A DNA stretch of 64,000 bases from Tubulanus polymorphus. Its lineage: Eukaryota > Animalia > Nemertea. Both the position numbers and the translations under genes were made by a program. Below, piece by piece: positions 59,252 to 64,000 of this stretch. Under the pieces are notes generated by a model, which had not been told where the DNA came from, did no database searches, and worked only from the letters and a program-made list of their open reading frames with translations. The stretch lies in the NCBI RefSeq assembly GCF_964204645.1, contig NC_134026.1:30987432-31051431 (forward strand), in the 5' to 3' direction. Numbering within the stretch: position 1 is the first letter of the stretch; the number at the start of each line of letters is the position of its first letter.

Positions 59252-59589
59252 GTAATGCTGGAGAACTTATTGATTGACAAGTTTAAGTATTGAAGTCTCT
59301 ATTAAAAACTTAACGTGACGGGTACCGTATCAGAGTTGTAGTAGGTACTGTTTAAAGCAGTTTTTGATTGCTGCTGTTAATTGACGATTTTTTACAGCTA
59401 ACATTGCAGCGGTGAATTTACTTCAATTTTTTCAAAACATGATATTTAAAAAAATTTTTTTTGCTTCTGACGCTGCACTTCCCACGCCACTGCTTTAACT
59501 CTGGTTAAGAGCCCTAAGGCCTAGTGGGTGTGAGTTGCTTCATACTGACTGATTAACTGACACTACTGTTTGTTTTTAATCCCTTACAG

Positions 59590-59773
59590 TTTAAATGAAT
59601 CTGAAATATCAGTCGGACGAAGTTTAGAAAACGATATCTATTTAGATTCGTCGCAGCTGAAAAACTTCATCTCGAGAAATCATGCGAAATTCACACGATC
59701 TATTATCGATGAGAAAGTTTATTACGTTTTGACTGATTTGAGTTTAAACGGAACTTACGTTAATGATGTGAAG
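59590..59773 (+). CDS. TCF19: TCF19-like exon 2 (FHA domain core: SVGRS.ENDIYLDS...ISRNHAKF...YYVLTDLSLNGTYVNDVK)
   Basis: FHA signature GR....D..L.....SR.HA......Y.L.DL.S.NGT.VN. Acceptor ccttacag, donor AAG|gtaatt. Confidence 0.85.
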
Positions 59774-59887
59774 GTAATTTTCAAATCTTGATTTAACGCT
59801 TTCAGCGCTGACTAATTGAATACCCGTAAAATGCTGGAGATAATTTGAAAATTGTACCCTACTAGTGGGTAAGATAATGGACATGCC

Positions 59888-60216
59888 GCTTTAGCATCTA
59901 CACCGCTGTGCGGTGTATCCTTAGTTACAAGTATTTCACTATTTTTGACAGGTGCTGCCATCTTTCAATAAGGATAAGAAATGATCACTAATAGCGAAGT
60001 CATCACTGAGTTATACACTGCACTGTGGTGTAGACACACCGCAGTGCTGTGTATTCTTAGTTACAAATATTTCACTATTTTTGACAGGTGCTGCTACGTT
60101 TCAATAAGGATAAGAAATGAACACAAATAACTATCAATACACCAGTCATCGCTGATTTATACACCGCGCTGTGGTGTAGACACACCGCGCTGCGGGGTAG
60201 ACGCACTGAAAGGGTT
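59888..60216. mobile_element. MITE family D copy (internal ~120-bp duplication) in TCF19-like intron 2
   Basis: catctacaccgctgtgcggtgtatcc...gacaggtgctgcc... x2 ...gtagacgcactgaaagggtt. Same termini as 33191-33448. Confidence 0.7.
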
Positions 60217-60255
60217 AATTGAACTGTATCTGATAGAAATGCAATAAATATTCAG

Positions 60256-60393
60256 ATGTTCTGCGATGAATTTCAGCTCGCCGGTCCATGCACGCTCGTT
60301 GAGGGAGATGTTATTAAGTTCGGCCACGTGCAAGGTTTTAAAATGAAAAAAGGAGCTTACTGTCCTCAACCGCTGACTGAGTTCACATTCCTG
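60256..60393 (+). CDS. TCF19: TCF19-like exon 3 (FHA C-terminal strand ...LVEGDVIKFGHVQGF...)
   Basis: Acceptor attcag, donor CTG|gtaaga. FHA terminal motif L..GD.I.FG. Confidence 0.7.
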
Positions 60394-60558
60394 GTAAGAG
60401 TTAGACTCCTCTCCGATGAGAAGAGTTGTAAGGGAGGAGCCATCTCTCTCGGTTTGTTATGTCTAAATAATTTGAATACTTTGAAAAGTAACGCTTGAAT
60501 AAGGTTAAAATCTTCATTCGATATGAAATGAATTATTTGTTATTTCGATTATTTTCAG

Positions 60559-61001
60559 TACAGTGAAGTTAAATCTGCGAAAAACGGACTAAAAACCGAA
60601 TCGACTAAAAATATTTGGGATATTCCCGTAGAATTACCGCCGATTATTCCTAAAGTTCACATGTACAATGACTTCGTAAATTCAACACGACCTTCACCTT
60701 CGTCGGACGTGAAACACGCGATTATACCCCATTCTACACCTCTGATCGATCTGCAGAATGTTTATAAACATGAAGCTACAGGTTCTAGTCCGCTACAACT
60801 CGGTAGTCCGGTGATACCTTTATTAGATACGGTACCGAGTAGTCCAGTGATACCGCTATTAGACACACTACCCGATAGTCCGGTCATACCAGTATTAGAC
60901 AGATTAAAACACGAATCAATACCTGTGGAAATTAATGATTTATATCAACCGAAGTGTGCTATATCTCTGAATGACAAAGATAATCCCACTAAAGATCTAC
61001 G
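60559..61001 (+). CDS. TCF19: TCF19-like exon 4 (Pro/Ser-rich linker with SPVIPLLDT repeats)
   Basis: Acceptor ttttcag, donor CG|gtaagt. Matches ORF 60661-61005 frame. Confidence 0.7.
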
Positions 61002-61104
61002 GTAAGTTTAGTCTGGAAAAACCCCAGGGCCCAAATCGATCTACGATAAACTGAATCAATGAAGAAATTAAATCGATTTCAGAGTTAAACCTTTTTGTGA
61101 AACT

Positions 61105-61215
61105 GGGCCCTGGGCCCGGTTCCACTGTTGTGAGTTAACTCCGAGTTAAAATCAGTTCATTTTCGATGTTTTAACTCTAGAGTCAAATTTAACTCAGAAA
61201 TGTGGAACTGGATCC
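61105..61215. mobile_element. MITE family B copy in TCF19-like intron
   Basis: ggttccactgttgtgagttaactccgagttaaaatcagttcattttcgatg...aaatgtggaactggatcc. Confidence 0.7.
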
Positions 61216-61355
61216 AGATCGAAAGAAAAACTATGCAAGTTATTTTAAAGTTAATTTGGGGATAATGAATAACAAGGCGAATGCGTAATTCTAGTTTAAG
61301 ATAAAATCAGTTTCACTCGTGGATTATTGTTTCATGTAAAATTTGCTGATTTCAG

Positions 61356-61396
61356 AAATGTGTCGGGAAAAGAGAATACTGGAACCGATACTGATG
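61356..61396 (+). CDS. TCF19: TCF19-like candidate micro-exon 5 (41 nt). Needed to restore frame between exon 4 and the downstream exon.
   Basis: Acceptor gatttcag, donor G|gtattt. Phase 2 to 1. A second candidate exon at 61481-61577 (acidic DNDYSLSSDEDIFIE, like human DDESEPPENPP) could not be fitted in phase. Confidence 0.3.
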
Positions 61397-61788
61397 GTAT
61401 TTTATATCGAATTCATTCTTCCGAACAACTCGGATGTCAGATTTATTCATTCAAACTCTTTATTGTATATTGATTTACAGATTGTCTTACGGCGCTGGCT
61501 TCACAAGCAATCGATAATTTCCATCCAGAGGATAATGATTATTCCTTATCTAGTGACGAAGATATATTCATTGAAAGTACGTTCAATTTGAACCTGCGTT
61601 GTTTCAGTTTTATCTCGGTTCCACGGTTCGTGGTCAAAATTTGAATCGAGAGTCTAAAAACAACTTAGGAATTAAACTACTGTAGACTCTGCTCAGAGTC
61701 GGAACAATTCATTGTTGTATTGACAACTAGTCAAATTCAAGAAAAATTGTGAAACTGGATGATATTTATTTGTTTATATTTTCTATAG

Positions 61789-62034
61789 AAGCAGCTGATA
61801 ATTCAAAACCTGTCCGACAACAAACGTCTTCAATAGATCTAGTTATTGAAGAAGTTGTCAATAATCCTGACTCGGTATTAGAACCACAACAAACCGACAA
61901 AACCGTACTGAAACCTAATACCGGTAATACCGGTACGCAGTCGGCGGTCAAAAGTAAAAAACTGACTGTTTGTTCATCTTCGGCGCAGGATTCTCATCAC
62001 AAGAAACGTCCCGGAAGACCTCGCAAAAACTCAG
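61789..62034 (+). CDS. TCF19: TCF19-like exon (...SAQDSHHKKRPGRPRKNSG): AT-hook-like GRPRK as in human TCF19 NRRGRPRKYP
   Basis: Acceptor ttctatag, donor G|gtattt. Frame matches ORF 61749-62111. Confidence 0.7.
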
Positions 62035-62118
62035 GTATTTCATTATCTCCAGTTCTGAGAGAAAGTGCTTCCATCTGGGAGATTTTAATGACACTAATCG
62101 GTACCTGTTAATCCTTAG

Positions 62119-62222
62119 GTTCAGCGAGTAAAAAACCGAAAACCGATGAATCTCGTTATTACTCAGACGGCAAGTGTTCATATATCGATTGTGATAGTCC
62201 AGTTGGAGACCACATTACATGG
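62119..62222 (+). CDS. TCF19: TCF19-like exon (first half of PHD finger: ...DGKCSYIDCDSPVGDHITW)
   Basis: Acceptor ccttag, donor TGG|gtaggt. C..C......W precedes VQCD in the next exon. Confidence 0.75.
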
Positions 62223-62662
62223 GTAGGTGAGATTCTTCTCTATTAGATACTGCGGTATTGAAAGCCAGGTTTCAATTGGTCTCTGATTTGGGAATACTCT
62301 TCTGGCGCATCCATTTCAACCAATAGAGAGTTTGTAATCTGGGGACCTAGATATGCTCTACCTATTCCAGAATAATATGTAAACCTGTAGAGAGTAGAGA
62401 GTTTATAATCCAGAGCCCGGTTTCATAGACTGAGTATCAAAGTTATCCCTAGGGATAACTCCTAAATTTGGGTGACTACCACCATAGTAACACCATGGTT
62501 ATAACTCACAAATTTCAAAATGTTCCCAGGGACTATTTTGCTTCCACGTTTATGAACCCCAGCCCAGGTTTACTAAAACTGAATTCCTTATTGGCATATA
62601 CCCGTACCACTGGTATGCCTTATGAACTAATTGAGATATTGTATATATATATTTCTACGTAG

Positions 62663-62767
62663 GTTCAATGCGATGATTGTGATAAATGGTATCATACTGG
62701 TTGTGTTGGATGCAGTTATCAAAATGTGAAGAGAACTAATACACAATTTCATTGTGGATGTACATAA
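62663..62767 (+). CDS. TCF19: TCF19-like terminal exon (PHD: VQCDDCDKWYHTGCVGCSYQNVKRTNTQFHCGCT*)
   Basis: Human TCF19 WVQCDGCDVWFHVACVGCS...FRCPGC. Acceptor tctacgtag. Stop at 62765-62767. Confidence 0.85.
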   Translation, partial: VQCDDCDKWYHTGCVGCSYQNVKRTNTQFHCGCT

Positions 62768-62820
62768 AACACTAGTCACCGTAGAACGATAACCTGTGCA
62801 CTCAAACGTGGTGAACGGAT

Positions 62821-63040
62821 AATAAGATAAAAACCCACCATCTACAGATTAAAAGAATTTAAGAACAAGAATTTATTTATTCAATCTAAAATATATAGAA
62901 TACACGACGTTTCGATCTCCTCACCCTAGAGATCATCGTCAGGTGTGAGAACGTCGTGTCTTATATATATTTTAGATTGAATAAATAAATTCTTGTTTTT
63001 AAATTCTTTTAATCTGTAGATAGTGGGTTTTTATCTTGCT
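62821..63040. repeat. Long foldback palindrome (~220 bp; ~85-bp near-perfect inverted arms around a self-palindromic core acacgacgtt...aacgtcgtgt), 54 bp downstream of the TCF19-like stop
   Basis: Arms ataagataaaaacccaccatctacagattaaaagaatttaagaacaagaatttatttattcaatctaaaatatata / tatatattttagattgaataaataaattcttgtttttaaattcttttaatctgtagatagtgggtttttatcttg. Confidence 0.85.
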
Positions 63041-63218
63041 AGTCACTGTTTTTTTACTGTTATTCCAGCTTGATTAAGTCGTTGTTCGGATAAGTCGTTT
63101 CATAACTTTCATGTTAGTCGTGTAAGTCAAAATCGTCGACATCATGATTGTCGCAACAATGACAGCGTAAGCATCAAGGTTGATCGTGTTCAATATCAAT
63201 ATGGAATCATAGTTAGAG

Positions 63219-63255
63219 CATGGACGTATAAACTAGACTAGTTTATACGTCCATG
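63219..63255. repeat. Perfect 18-bp-arm palindrome (catggacgtataaactag a ctagtttatacgtccatg)
   Basis: Exact inverted repeat. Confidence 0.85.
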
Positions 63256-64000
63256 GTTAGAGCAACCGCTCAGAAAGTTATAACAAATTTTAGTTTATTA
63301 TTTCAACTATCTTATTTTTTTCTGTGCTTTCCTCGAATGTAACCGGCAATAATTGCATGTTATTGTATTGGATATAGTTTGTGCATGAATCTTTGTGTAA
63401 AATACATGAGTAAAGATTGAAATGTTTTGATAAAGAGTTTTAACCTTTGTATTGAAAAACTGAAAAAAATAGATTTATATCGGTACATAAAAAAAAATAT
63501 GTTTGAGTTCAATTCTTCATTGTACTGCTCGAGGGACCAAATGTGACTCGTACGCCATCTATCGTATACATTAGAAATAATGTGGAATGAGATATTCGCT
63601 TCCCAGGGTTTGAATGCTCCCGCCAATCGACCCCTAGCAAGCGAGGATGGTGACATCGGGCCGGACAAAATTTTCGTTGACAAAAACCACGCCGAGAAAT
63701 TTGGTGGCAGCACCATACGGTCATTTCAGCGATAAGCGGGTGATTTGCTCTGGTACAAGTGTACCTTTTGTCTAATGGTTCTAAATGAGTTTGCGACCAA
63801 TGGTGAGCGCGCCGCCCCATTTTAGTTGGTAGAACTCCCACAGAGTTTGCTAGGCCATTTATTTCATCTTAACTATTAAAATGATGGATGTTCTGTTGAA
63901 CTTGGTAACTTTTTGGATGGTAGCAACGCCGTTATAATCGGCACAAGAATTGGTCCTGTGACACTGATGAACGGCTGACTCCGAGTCCCGCGACTGATAT

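Noticed and set aside
61481-61577. Acidic candidate exon of the TCF19-like gene
   Set aside because: Good acceptor and donor and plausible sequence, but no combination of flanking exons keeps the reading frame with canonical sites. Left as a possible alternative exon.
63360-63841. Overlapping 110- and 118-aa minus-strand ORFs at the window end
   Set aside because: No recognisable domain. GC-rich so open frames are expected by chance. Incomplete context at the window edge.

Overview
This window reads as an AT-rich invertebrate-type eukaryotic nuclear segment, not a prokaryotic locus. Introns are short, with GTAAGT donors and polypyrimidine-AG acceptors, and there are many small MITE/satellite insertions and micro/minisatellites.

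The first ~14.4 kb is a non-coding 4.8-kb unit repeated three times in tandem, at 98-99% identity. It has its own internal sub-repeats and 127-150 bp junction segments between copies.

The remaining ~50 kb is gene-dense. I reconstructed eleven genes by hand from splice-site and phase bookkeeping plus recognisable protein motifs:
- SNRNP27-like (+)
- SpoU-type rRNA methyltransferase, MRM3-like (+)
- M14B carboxypeptidase D/M-like with signal peptide and C-terminal TM (-)
- BDP1, the TFIIIB B-double-prime subunit, whose intron 4 holds a 2-kb 24-bp minisatellite (-)
- TMEM17 (+)
- INO80B, with a PAPA-1 region and zf-HIT (-)
- TLCD1/2-like (+)
- a tandem pair of intronless secreted Frizzled-CRD plus coiled-coil proteins (+)
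- SLC2A13/HMIT-like sugar transporter (-)
- DPH4/DNAJC24 (-)
- TCF19-like, FHA plus PHD (+)

No rRNA, canonical tRNA, snRNA or CRISPR was found. One tRNA-derived SINE-like fragment is present. Four MITE-like families occur in multiple intronic copies.

Coordinates are hand-derived and may be off by 1-3 bp. ORF-track hits that fall inside tandem repeats are artefacts.
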